Assembly: GCA_937858705.1 (NCBI GenBank)
Contig: CALLZM010000002.1
Coordinates: 2,046 to 66,045 of the forward strand
Source of the DNA: an uncultured Candidatus Saccharibacteria bacterium
GTDB lineage: Bacteria > Patescibacteriota > Saccharimonadia > Saccharimonadales > Saccharimonadaceae
Direction: 5' to 3'
DNA: 64,000 bases
This document shows, one piece after another, positions 39,978-49,330 of the stretch (its first letter is position 1; the number at the start of each line of letters is the position of its first letter). The translations under genes and the position numbers were made by a program. The notes beneath the pieces were generated by a model. The model made no database searches and had not been told where the DNA came from. It saw only the letters and a list, made by a program, of their open reading frames with translations.

Positions 39978-41876
39978 TCAGGCGAGGACGCCTTTAACGC
40001 GGCGGATACCAGCAGAGGAGGATTCTTCTTTGGTGATTTTGAAGCGTTTGCCGTTGGGCGTGCCATCGTCATTTTGTGAGAGCTGACCAGTATGGTCGGC
40101 GTGGGGGCCGCCGCAGATTTCAAAGCTGGCGCGCCTGTCGCCCTCGCCCATTTGGTAGACTTTGACCGTCTCGCCGTAGCGGTCACCAAATGCGCCGATG
40201 GCACCCATTTTGAAAGCTTCGTCGGTAGGATATTCTTTGTAGCTGACGGGTAAATCTTCGTCAATCCAGGCGTTGACCATGCGTTCGACTTCGTCCAGCT
40301 GCTCGCGGGTGACTTTTTCGTCGTTGTTGAAGTCAAAGCGTAGGCGCTCTTCAGTGATATTGCTGCCGTGCTGGGTGACATGCTCGCCAACGACTTTTTT
40401 GAGTGCGGCATACATGAGGTGATTGGCCGTGTGTAAGCGGCGGTGCGCCATGGTTTGCCCGCCGAGGCCGCCTTTGAAGACACCTTTGGCAGCAGTCTGT
40501 GAGCGCTTGCGCTGTTCTTGCATACAGGCATCAAACTCACTCTTCCAATCTTTGTCTAGCCGTATACTTTCACGACGGGCTATCTCGGTGCTTAGCTCAA
40601 CTGGAAAGCCATAAGTATCGTGCAGAGTGAATAGCTCTTTGCCGGTCAAACCGTCTTCAATAAATCGCCTGAGATGCTTTACTCCCTTCAGTAGTGTTCG
40701 CGTAAACGCTTTTTCCTCCTTCATGAGAGTGATGATAATTTTATCTCGGTTCTCGGCAACTTCTGGAAAATCATTCGCATATAAGTCGGCAATGACTGGT
40801 ACAATTTCTTCAAAAAATTCTTCACTAATACCAAGTTCATTTGCAAATCGAATCGCCCGACGGAGCAGCCGACGCATAACATAGCCCTGCTCTTTGTTGC
40901 TCGGCGCACAACCATCAACCGCCAAGAAGGTCGCCGCACGCAGGTGGTCGGCGATGACGCGCATACTTTCGGTGTGGCTTTCGTACTTTTTGCCACTCAG
41001 AACTTGCAACTTTTCGATAATTGGCCACATGAGGCTAATCTTGAAGACATCCGGGTCGCCCAGTTTTGCCGCGGCAATGCGCTCCAGGCCAGAGCCATGG
41101 TCGATATTTTTCTGTTCCAGCTCTTCAAATTGCCCTTCCGCGACTTTGCGATAGGCCATGAAGACATTGTTGCCGATTTCCATAAACCGGCCACAGTCAC
41201 AGTTCGGGTGGCAGTGCTCGCCAAACTCGGGATTGTGTGGCGTGCCAAAGTCATAAAACATCTCACTATCTGGGCCACACGGGTCGCCCACCGGGGTGGT
41301 TTCTGGCGAACCGTTGCGACTCCACCAGTTTTTCGAACCGTCATAGTAGAAAATCCGCTCGCCTTCTTTAATGCCGCGTTCATAGCCCGATTCTTCCGAA
41401 CCAATATCCGCTTGACCATGACTCAGCCCGGCTTTTTCATATAGCTCTGCCCACACCTCGGCCGCTTCTGTATCTTTTGGAATACCATAGCGCTCATCGC
41501 CGATATAGCAGGTGACATAGACTTTTGACATATCGAGCTCAACCACTTCTGACAAAAACTCCCACATCCAGCGGATTTGCTGTTCCTTAAAGTAATCGCC
41601 CATGCTCCAATTACCCAACATCTCAAAAAAGGTCGTGTGGCGATTGTTGCCGACATCGTCAATATCCTGCGCACGCAGGCACGTTTGTGAATCAACAATT
41701 CGTTTACCCTCAGGGTGTGGCTGCCCCAACAGGTACGGAATCATCGGCTGCATACCACTGCCCGTAAACAGCGTCGTCGGGTCGCCCGTCAGCACCAATG
41801 GCGCGCGCTTGATAGCAGCGTGGCCACGATTCTCAAAAAACTTTATATACGCATTGCGGATTTGTTGAGTATTCAT
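39978..41876 (-). CDS. alaS: alanine--tRNA ligase, short form lacking the C-Ala domain
   Basis: MNTQQIRNAYIKFFENRGH..., FTGSGMQP, editing-domain HTANHLMYAAL and CGGPHADHTG. 632 aa from this Met. Confidence 0.9.
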   Translation of the reverse strand: MNTQQIRNAYIKFFENRGHAAIKRAPLVLTGDPTTLFTGSGMQPMIPYLLGQPHPEGKRIVDSQTCLRAQDIDDVGNNRHTTFFEMLGNWSMGDYFKEQQIRWMWEFLSEVVELDMSKVYVTCYIGDERYGIPKDTEAAEVWAELYEKAGLSHGQADIGSEESGYERGIKEGERIFYYDGSKNWWSRNGSPETTPVGDPCGPDSEMFYDFGTPHNPEFGEHCHPNCDCGRFMEIGNNVFMAYRKVAEGQFEELEQKNIDHGSGLERIAAAKLGDPDVFKISLMWPIIEKLQVLSGKKYESHTESMRVIADHLRAATFLAVDGCAPSNKEQGYVMRRLLRRAIRFANELGISEEFFEEIVPVIADLYANDFPEVAENRDKIIITLMKEEKAFTRTLLKGVKHLRRFIEDGLTGKELFTLHDTYGFPVELSTEIARRESIRLDKDWKSEFDACMQEQRKRSQTAAKGVFKGGLGGQTMAHRRLHTANHLMYAALKKVVGEHVTQHGSNITEERLRFDFNNDEKVTREQLDEVERMVNAWIDEDLPVSYKEYPTDEAFKMGAIGAFGDRYGETVKVYQMGEGDRRASFEICGGPHADHTGQLSQNDDGTPNGKRFKITKEESSSAGIRRVKGVLA

Positions 41877-41936
41877 ATCTGTTATTATATCACTCGACTT
41901 TACACTAAACAAAATTCAATAAGCCAGGCCTTTTCG

Positions 41937-42998
41937 TCAGACCACAATCCCGCCGCCAAGCACTTCGTCTCCTCTGTATATCACCGCCGACTGACCGCTT
42001 GCCACGGCTCGTTCTGGTTTATCAAGAGAAAGCATTGTCGTGTCACTACCCATCGCTAAGTTTGCCACTGGCAACAATTCGCCTCTATGACGCAGGCGAA
42101 CCGTAAGATTCTCGTGTGATTGAGGCGGGTTATGTATCCAATGCACGCTACCAAGCGAAAGCTCGTTCGGCCACATCGCCGCATCGTTGAGATTTGTGCT
42201 GACAAAAACTTGATTGGCCTGCATATCTTTGCCAACCACATAATAGGGTAGCCCACCGCCAATGTCGAGACCGTGTCGTTGACCAAGAGTATAAAATAGT
42301 GCACCATCATGTCGTCCCAATGCCTTGCCCGTCTGCTTATCGATAATATCCCCAGGAAACGCCTCGACAAACTGGTTTAAAAACTCTCGCATACCAACTT
42401 CACCCACAAAACACACTCCCATCGACTCTTTTTTATGAGCTGTAAATAGTCCTTTTTCTTTAGCAATTTCTCGCACCTGTTGCTTGGTGTATTCGCCAAG
42501 CGGGAAAAGCGTTTTCGTAAGCGCTTCGGCGGTGACGCGATAAAGAAAATAGGTCTGATCCTTCTCACTGTCGACTGCGCGCATCAAACGAGCACCCTGC
42601 GCGAGCTCCTCCCTCTCAACCTTCGCATAATGGCCCGTCGCAATCATCTCTGCGCCTTGTTCCAGCGCCGCTTCCAAAAACAACTTAAACTTTACTTCCT
42701 GGTTACACATAATATCTGGGTTGGGCGTCCGTCCTGCCTCATATTCATCGATCATATATTGCACCACTTTCTCACGGTATTCTTTTTCGAAATCAAACAC
42801 CTGAAAGTCGATACCAAGACCCACGGCCACTCGCTTGGCATCGGCCAAATCTTCCGCCCACGGACAGCGCATACCGGGTAAATCTTGGCTCCAGTTTTTC
42901 ATGTACACGCCCACGACATGGTGGCCTTGGTCTTTCAGTAAAGCGGCGGCCACGCTACTATCGACTCCGCCGCTCATACCAACAAATACTCTCGCCAT
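41937..42998 (-). CDS. mnmA: tRNA 2-thiouridine(34) synthase MnmA
   Basis: 353 aa with PP-loop VGMSGGVDSSVAA and C-terminus GQSAVIYRGDEVLGGGIV. Confidence 0.95.
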   Translation of the reverse strand: MARVFVGMSGGVDSSVAAALLKDQGHHVVGVYMKNWSQDLPGMRCPWAEDLADAKRVAVGLGIDFQVFDFEKEYREKVVQYMIDEYEAGRTPNPDIMCNQEVKFKLFLEAALEQGAEMIATGHYAKVEREELAQGARLMRAVDSEKDQTYFLYRVTAEALTKTLFPLGEYTKQQVREIAKEKGLFTAHKKESMGVCFVGEVGMREFLNQFVEAFPGDIIDKQTGKALGRHDGALFYTLGQRHGLDIGGGLPYYVVGKDMQANQVFVSTNLNDAAMWPNELSLGSVHWIHNPPQSHENLTVRLRHRGELLPVANLAMGSDTTMLSLDKPERAVASGQSAVIYRGDEVLGGGIVV

Positions 42999-43597
42999 TA
43001 TGATAGCCCTAAGTAAAACACTATGATTTTCACCGTCTCAGAAAGCGATAAATACCAACCCCATGGCGACAACCACCACCACACGCCCCAGGCTGAATCA
43101 CCACTGGTGGGATAGGCACGAAACTCCACACCTGGCGCTTGCGACTGAAATTCTAGAATAGTTCGTTTCATATGATATCCAGAAGTCACCACAATCGCCG
43201 ATGTAAGATGCTTGTCGGTGATGATACTTTTTGTCTCAATAGCATTTTCTTTGGTATTTTGACTTGTCTCTTCGATGAATATGGCCGACTCGGGAACACC
43301 TTGTTTTATCGCCTGTCGTCGCATCACTTCAGCATTACTTGGTCCACTCGTATCTGCGGCCGCGCCAGAAAAAATCAGTTTTGGTGCCCAACCATTTTGA
43401 TACAAATCAATGGCGGTCTGTGTCCTCGCGGCAGTATCACCACCGCTCACTGCTATGATGACATCGGCCTTACCACAACCAGTGAGCGAGTTTGGTGTTT
43501 CGCTACAATTCATAAGATTATTCGGTGCCAAGAAAAGACTCATTGCCACAATGAGTGTCACCAAAAATACCAGAACACTGATGAACCATTTAAGCAT
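42998..43597 (-). CDS. DUF218 (YdcF/ElyC/SanA) family protein
   Basis: 199 aa with an N-terminal TM and VIIAVSGGDTAARTQTAIDLYQNGWAPKLIFSGA. Confidence 0.75.
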   Translation of the reverse strand: MLKWFISVLVFLVTLIVAMSLFLAPNNLMNCSETPNSLTGCGKADVIIAVSGGDTAARTQTAIDLYQNGWAPKLIFSGAAADTSGPSNAEVMRRQAIKQGVPESAIFIEETSQNTKENAIETKSIITDKHLTSAIVVTSGYHMKRTILEFQSQAPGVEFRAYPTSGDSAWGVWWWLSPWGWYLSLSETVKIIVFYLGLS

Positions 43598-44753
43598 GTC
43601 GCACTCTCTCGTACTCTTGGCTCACGACAGCAACGATGTACTGCGCTGCTCTTTTACTATTTTCCTCGTCATTCAAGCGACCTAAACTAAAGCGCAAACT
43701 ACCATTCCGCTCATCCTCTTCGAGCCCAATCGCCTTCAATGTTGCCGAACCAGTTTGTTTGTTCGCTGCGCACGCACTCCCTGTCGCCACCAACACGCCC
43801 TTCGACTCCAGCATAAATACCAGCCGCTCAGCATCGATACCAGGAAACGATACATGCAAATGCCCAGCTAATCGCTTTTTGGCATTACCGTTAACTGTCA
43901 TATCGGGAAAGTGGTTCATCAATGACTTTTCTAGCTGATCCCGAAGCATAGACAAACGCGCCACTTCACTCTTGCGGTGTGCTGTTGCGAGCTCTAATGC
44001 CGTTGCAAATCCTATAACTCCTGCGACATTTTCAGTGCCGCTTCGAAGCCCCATTTCTTGCCCGCCGCCAAGAATAACCGGCTGTAAACAAATCATTCCT
44101 CGCCGCCACAATAGTCCAACCTGCTTCGGACCGTATATCTTACCCGCATTCAACGAAAGCATATCAACACCCAGTCGAGCTACAGAAATATCGAGTTGCC
44201 CTACCCCCTGCGAAGCATCGGTATGCAGCCAAATAGGCGTAGAGTCATGGCGTTCCAACCGCTCACGGCGAACTTTTTCCACCACTCGAGCGATGTCGCT
44301 CAGCGGCTGGATGGTGCCAAGCTCACTATTTGCAAGAGCAATACTCACCAGTGTCGTCTTGGGTGTGATAGCCGCTGCAATATCGCTCACCGAAACAATA
44401 CCGCATTTACCAACTGGCACGATGGTATGGCTATACTGCCTGGCATTCGCAAGCACCGCCTCATGCTCAATGGCACTCGTCACCACATGCCCACCTTGTG
44501 CTGCCGTCATCGCAAGAGCAATCGATTCTGTCGCCCCAGCAGTGATAACCACCTCATCCGCTTTGCCACCAAAACACACCGCCAAACGATGCCTGGCATT
44601 CTCAAGCTTTCGCCGAATTTCTACCGCAGGCGCATACGGGCTAGACGGATTATAAAAATCATTACTCAAAAAAGGCTGCATAGCCAGCATCACACGCTGG
44701 TCCATAGGCGTGGCAGCGGCATGATCAAGATATATTATTTCACTATCACTCAC
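43590..44753 (-). CDS. cysteine desulfurase (class V aminotransferase, NifS/IscS-like)
   Basis: 387 aa with IYLDHAATTP-like N-terminus, PLP lysine region SLNAGKIYGPKQVG and active-site SGSACA. Confidence 0.85.
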   Translation of the reverse strand: MSDSEIIYLDHAAATPMDQRVMLAMQPFLSNDFYNPSSPYAPAVEIRRKLENARHRLAVCFGGKADEVVITAGATESIALAMTAAQGGHVVTSAIEHEAVLANARQYSHTIVPVGKCGIVSVSDIAAAITPKTTLVSIALANSELGTIQPLSDIARVVEKVRRERLERHDSTPIWLHTDASQGVGQLDISVARLGVDMLSLNAGKIYGPKQVGLLWRRGMICLQPVILGGGQEMGLRSGTENVAGVIGFATALELATAHRKSEVARLSMLRDQLEKSLMNHFPDMTVNGNAKKRLAGHLHVSFPGIDAERLVFMLESKGVLVATGSACAANKQTGSATLKAIGLEEDERNGSLRFSLGRLNDEENSKRAAQYIVAVVSQEYERVRHA

Positions 44754-44777
44754 TTCTATCTATTATACCACCTAGCA

Positions 44778-45203
44778 CTAATCGAACTTTTTCGGTTCGG
44801 TGCCATATACCCTACGAGCGACTTGTTCATAATATGAATGAATAGCAGTTACCAGATTTTTCAGTTCTTCGCCCTCAACAAAGCTATAACGAGCGCCTTC
44901 TTGTACTTTTAATACACCCTTCTCTTGTATCTCATATCGAGTTGTGGCCACTTTGATATGCTTCTGCTCATCAAGCCATTCTTCATGCCAGATCCAAGTT
45001 TTTTCGTCGAGGCAAAAAAACTCTCGGCGGCGACCTTCGGGTATTGGCCCAAACAGCTTGGAACCAATTTCGCTCTCAAGTTTTATCAAATCTCGCTCTG
45101 TTAAAGATTTCAACTGGTGATTTTTTGGAATCTTTAGCCAATCGACATTTGGCTTAGTGTCGCCAAGAAGTAGTTTGATGGCTTTTTGCAATATCGTAGG
45201 CAT
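44778..45203 (-). CDS. hypothetical protein
   Basis: 141-aa ORF abutting the upstream 97-aa ORF. No recognisable motif. Confidence 0.5.
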   Translation of the reverse strand: MPTILQKAIKLLLGDTKPNVDWLKIPKNHQLKSLTERDLIKLESEIGSKLFGPIPEGRRREFFCLDEKTWIWHEEWLDEQKHIKVATTRYEIQEKGVLKVQEGARYSFVEGEELKNLVTAIHSYYEQVARRVYGTEPKKFD

Positions 45204-45497
45204 TTAGGCCGCCAGTGTGAAATCTTCCTGCTTGTTATTTCGCATCTTAATGACCGCAGCTGTAACTTGTCGTAGATCCATAAGTACCTCCGGTGAAGAA
45301 TAAATTTCTTTTGTTAATTTATTGGCTATCGTTGCCTGCCGGCCAAATACGCCAGCTCGAGCTTCATTTTCTATATGCCGCTCTTCTTGCCAAGCATATG
45401 CGTCTTTCACTGCTTCATATAATTTAGAATCGACCTCAAAACCTAGCTCCGTAGAGTCAAGCAAAGATTGTTTTTCAAAACCCTTTGGGTCTCCCAT
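45204..45497 (-). CDS. hypothetical helical acidic protein
   Basis: 97-aa ORF whose stop is immediately adjacent to the next start. Confidence 0.5.
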   Translation of the reverse strand: MGDPKGFEKQSLLDSTELGFEVDSKLYEAVKDAYAWQEERHIENEARAGVFGRQATIANKLTKEIYSSPEVLMDLRQVTAAVIKMRNNKQEDFTLAA

Positions 45498-45518
45498 GGT
45501 CGAAGTTCTCCCTGTTAT

Positions 45519-46286
45519 TTATATACGAAACAGCTTTTTCGTATTTTCAAGTGTCACGAGGGTAATATCATCAAGCAGCAAGTCTCTCACTTCCGCCATA
45601 TGCCTCGCAACCCTCTCCACATACTTAGGCTCATTCATTGTACCACGAAAAGGCGCTGGAGTCAAGAAGGGAGCGTCGGTTTCGAGCAACATTCTATCGA
45701 GTGGGATAGTCGCATACATCTGGACCTGGGGCTCATCTCTGGTGAAAGTGCTTATGCCATTTACTCCCACGAGCAATCCTCGCCCAAATCCTCGTTCCAA
45801 ATTTGCCTGATTGTCAGTAAAACTATGCATAACGCCGCGGATACCGTGAAAATTATCGAATATCGGCCAAAAATCATCAAAAGCGTCACGGATATGAAAA
45901 CTTACTGGCAAATTATAGTCAATCGCTAACTGTAGCTGCGCTTCCAGCGCTCGTATCTGATCGTCTCTCGGGCTATGGTCATAGTAATAATCAAGTCCAA
46001 TTTCACCTATGCCAACTATGTTCGAGCGATCATTCCCTCTCGAGTCTCGCAACAGTTGTTCCACCATAGCATATCCCATTTTCGATTCATGCGGATGCAC
46101 GCCCACAACAGCCCACGAACTATCATGAGTAGCCGCAAATTGCACTGCTTCAGCCGAACTTCGTTCATCGGTACCAACCAGTATCATGCCGATACCAGCC
46201 TCAATAGCCCGTTTGTACACTTCTTCGCGATTTTCCGAGTAAAATTCGCTATCGTGCAAATGACAATGTGAATCTATAAGTTTCAT
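45519..46286 (-). CDS. TatD-family metal-dependent hydrolase/DNase
   Basis: 255 aa, LIDSHCHL, GEIGLDYYY, LETDAPFL. Confidence 0.9.
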   Translation of the reverse strand: MKLIDSHCHLHDSEFYSENREEVYKRAIEAGIGMILVGTDERSSAEAVQFAATHDSSWAVVGVHPHESKMGYAMVEQLLRDSRGNDRSNIVGIGEIGLDYYYDHSPRDDQIRALEAQLQLAIDYNLPVSFHIRDAFDDFWPIFDNFHGIRGVMHSFTDNQANLERGFGRGLLVGVNGISTFTRDEPQVQMYATIPLDRMLLETDAPFLTPAPFRGTMNEPKYVERVARHMAEVRDLLLDDITLVTLENTKKLFRI

Positions 46287-47779
46287 GTAGTTTTTGTGGT
46301 TCGCGGGTCTTGAGTATGAAGATATACTTTTGGAAACAGCGGCTGGATATCGCTTGGCACCACGCCCGAAGCAAAGAGCTGGCGAATATAGTTGGCCGTT
46401 TGCGGTAAAAATGGCGTTAGCATATCGGCGATTTGTAGCAATACACCCGCTGAATGAGCTAATATTTCTGCCAAGTGCGATTCTGCCTCTGGGTCGCTCT
46501 CGCGGCGTTTAGCAACCTGCCATGGCTCCACTTGGTCGATGTATCGGTTGAGTGACCGTACCACTTCCCACGCTTCATCGAGTGCACGGTTAAACTCAAG
46601 TGATTCCATAGCCGTACGATACGGCCCCATATCATGTTCAGACTGCGGTGCATCGCCTATCACGCCCGCCTGATAGCTGAGTACCATCTTGGCGACTCGT
46701 TGTACGAGGTTTCCAAGATCATTACCCAGTTCGCCATTGTATGCAGTTTCAAATTTTTCCCAAGTAAAATCGCCGTCTTCTTGCGTCGGAATATATCGCA
46801 AGAAATAGTACCGAAACGCATCAATACCATAGTGTGGCAAAATATCCACTGGCCCAACACCATTGCCAAGCGACTTACTCATTTTTGCGCCATTTGTCGT
46901 CACAAAACCATGTACTAACAGCGCTTTTGGTAACGGCAGATCAAGCGCCATCAGCATGGCTGGCCAAATACCGGCATGAAATCGCAAAATATCTTTGCCA
47001 ATTACCTGAACATCGGCAGGCCAATAGTTCTGCCAGTCTGGATTGCCAGGGTAGCCCAGTACAGTTAAGTAGTTACTGAGCGCATCGATCCATACATACA
47101 TCACTTGCGTGTCGTCACCAGGCACTGGCACGCCCCAAGATAAGCTTTTGACAGGGCGCGAAACGGACACATCTTGCAAGCCATCTTTTATGAGCTCGAG
47201 AAATTCTTTTTGCCGCGATTTAGGAATAATTTTCATCTTGCCAGACTCGAGAGCAGCACGAATCTTGTCAGAAAAAGCACTCGTCTTGAAATAATAATTT
47301 TCTTCGCTAAGACGCTGGTAGGGGGTTTGATGGTCAGGACACACACCATTGTTTTCGGTGGCCTCTTTATCAGTGACAAATGCTTCGCAACCCTGGCAAT
47401 ACCAACCTTCATACGAATTTTTGTAGATATATCCACCCTCAACTAACTTTTGCCAAATGTATTGTACGGCAGCTTTATGTCCTGGATTCGTCGTACGAAT
47501 AAAGTCGGTAGCTGAAATATTGAGCCCGCTTAGTAGCTGCTTAAAGTTCTCGTGCACACCATCAACATACGCTTGAGGAGCCAGCCCTTGCTCGGCAGCT
47601 TTGGCAGCGATTTTATTGCCATGCTCATCGACACCCGCCTGAAAGCGAACTTCCTTTCCCTGTTGTCGCTGGTACCGCGCCCACACATCTGCCAGCAAAT
47701 AATCGAGAGCGTGGCCGATATGGGGCTGGCCATTGACATAGGGAATGGCGGTGGTGATATAGGCGTGTTTTTTTGTCAT
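46283..47779 (-). CDS. metG: methionine--tRNA ligase
   Basis: 498 aa with HIGH motif (PHIGHALDY) and KMSKS present. Confidence 0.95.
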   Translation of the reverse strand: MTKKHAYITTAIPYVNGQPHIGHALDYLLADVWARYQRQQGKEVRFQAGVDEHGNKIAAKAAEQGLAPQAYVDGVHENFKQLLSGLNISATDFIRTTNPGHKAAVQYIWQKLVEGGYIYKNSYEGWYCQGCEAFVTDKEATENNGVCPDHQTPYQRLSEENYYFKTSAFSDKIRAALESGKMKIIPKSRQKEFLELIKDGLQDVSVSRPVKSLSWGVPVPGDDTQVMYVWIDALSNYLTVLGYPGNPDWQNYWPADVQVIGKDILRFHAGIWPAMLMALDLPLPKALLVHGFVTTNGAKMSKSLGNGVGPVDILPHYGIDAFRYYFLRYIPTQEDGDFTWEKFETAYNGELGNDLGNLVQRVAKMVLSYQAGVIGDAPQSEHDMGPYRTAMESLEFNRALDEAWEVVRSLNRYIDQVEPWQVAKRRESDPEAESHLAEILAHSAGVLLQIADMLTPFLPQTANYIRQLFASGVVPSDIQPLFPKVYLHTQDPRTTKTT

Positions 47780-47808
47780 ACTAGTCTATAGTATAGCAGA
47801 AACGACGA

Positions 47809-48546
47809 TTAGTGCATCATCGCCACAACAGCAAACCGTCCAGCGACATCTCCCATAGAATGAGAAAAGTAGCTAGAGGCGGTCATGGTATTGATAGGAG
47901 AAATGGTAATATTTTCTGGCAAAATACCAGCCTTCAAACATATGTCGCGATTAAAGCCAGGAAGGTCGAGGCAAATACCGCGCTCGGTGGTATCGATAAA
48001 AGGCTGCCATGAGGGTCTGTCTGCACCATCAAACCACTGCATGCAATAGGTTTCGCGTTTAGCGCTAGGACCCATATATACTACGAGATCATTGGGCGAA
48101 GAGCCTTCTATCATAAACTTATCGATCATTTGTTTCATCAATTCAGCTACCGTCGAATCTCTACCTAAATGGAGTAACGCTAAATAGCGATGAGTCGGAT
48201 CATATAACACTGCGGCTATACAGTCTGCCACGGGCAAAAAAAGTCCAGCACCAGGAGTTTTCGTAAACAGTGCATCCGCCGAAATGGCCTCCGTATATGC
48301 TGTAGTGTGAGTAGCGTCGACGGTAGCAATTTTTATATATGATTGCCCTTCGCCATAGACAATATTTTGATACACCATGTCACTATATTCCAACCCTAAG
48401 GCTTTACAAAATGCGGTTCGATTTGTCACAGTCGCTGGCGCGTGAAGATCGGTAGTTCTGTCGAGCATAGTGCCGTCTGCCTTAGACGACAATCGGATTA
48501 GCATATCTCCCGGGAGATAAGCTGGCTGATCTTTGAGGATCAACAC
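47809..48546 (-). CDS. pgeF: purine-nucleoside/peptidoglycan editing factor PgeF (YfiH/DUF152, laccase-domain) family
   Basis: 245 aa, DALFT, LPVADCIAAVLYDP, LLHLGRDS. Confidence 0.75.
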   Translation of the reverse strand: MLILKDQPAYLPGDMLIRLSSKADGTMLDRTTDLHAPATVTNRTAFCKALGLEYSDMVYQNIVYGEGQSYIKIATVDATHTTAYTEAISADALFTKTPGAGLFLPVADCIAAVLYDPTHRYLALLHLGRDSTVAELMKQMIDKFMIEGSSPNDLVVYMGPSAKRETYCMQWFDGADRPSWQPFIDTTERGICLDLPGFNRDICLKAGILPENITISPINTMTASSYFSHSMGDVAGRFAVVAMMH

Positions 48547-48547
48547 C

Positions 48548-49330
48548 TTATCCTTTCATCTTATCATACTTTTGCAATAAAGTCAACCATTGATCGATCG
48601 TCAGGGCTTCGGCTCTTGCATCTGGTGATATATTTGCCTGTTGAAGAAGGTTTTCTACCTCTGTTTTAGATAGCTGCAAGCCACCAGCGAGTGAACTGCG
48701 AAGTTTTTTGCGCTTGGCCGAAAAACCCGCTCGAACGAGTCGGAAAAAGTCAGACTGTCGCTCCTCTGGCACCAATGGCTCTATTCTCCTCTTCAAAATA
48801 ACCACCCGCGAATCAACTTTGGGCGGCGGAGTAAATAGCTCTGCTGGCACAATGTTACCCAATGAAACCTCGTGATATACCTGTGCTGCCACCGCCAATA
48901 TGCTATAGTCACCAGGTCCCGCCGCTAGTCTCTCGGCCACTTCTTTTTGCACCAATAACACCATGGCGCTGGGTGGATTTTGCGATTCGGTGAGGTGTTG
49001 AATAATTTTACTAGTGATGTAGTAGGGTACATTTGCTACTACTTTGTAGCCAGCAGGCAAGGCGGAAGGGTTGAATTGTAAAATATCTTCATGGATAACT
49101 TGCAAATTTTTACCTGGAAACTGACCAGGCAGTTTTTTGGCCAAATCGGCATCGAACTCTACCGCTACCACAGAACCTGCCCTCGCTAATAAGCGGCTCG
49201 TAAGCGTGCCGAGGCCTGGACCAACCTCAAGCACGGTATCATCCGAAAGAATATCCACTGCGTCTGCAATATGCGCCAACACCTCAGGATCTTTCAGCCA
49301 ATGCTGCCCAAGGTGTTTTTTGGTAGGCAC
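48548..49330 (-). CDS. rsmA: 16S rRNA (adenine1518/1519-N6)-dimethyltransferase
   Basis: 260 aa, LGQHWLKD, VLEVGPGLGTLT, VANVPYYITS. Confidence 0.9.
   Translation of the reverse strand: MPTKKHLGQHWLKDPEVLAHIADAVDILSDDTVLEVGPGLGTLTSRLLARAGSVVAVEFDADLAKKLPGQFPGKNLQVIHEDILQFNPSALPAGYKVVANVPYYITSKIIQHLTESQNPPSAMVLLVQKEVAERLAAGPGDYSILAVAAQVYHEVSLGNIVPAELFTPPPKVDSRVVILKRRIEPLVPEERQSDFFRLVRAGFSAKRKKLRSSLAGGLQLSKTEVENLLQQANISPDARAEALTIDQWLTLLQKYDKMKG

Noticed and set aside
39938-41698. Several 85-200-aa ORFs in alternative frames or antisense within alaS
   Set aside because: They lie entirely within a strongly supported aminoacyl-tRNA synthetase CDS, and their products are compositionally biased (Ser/Ala/Arg/Lys runs).
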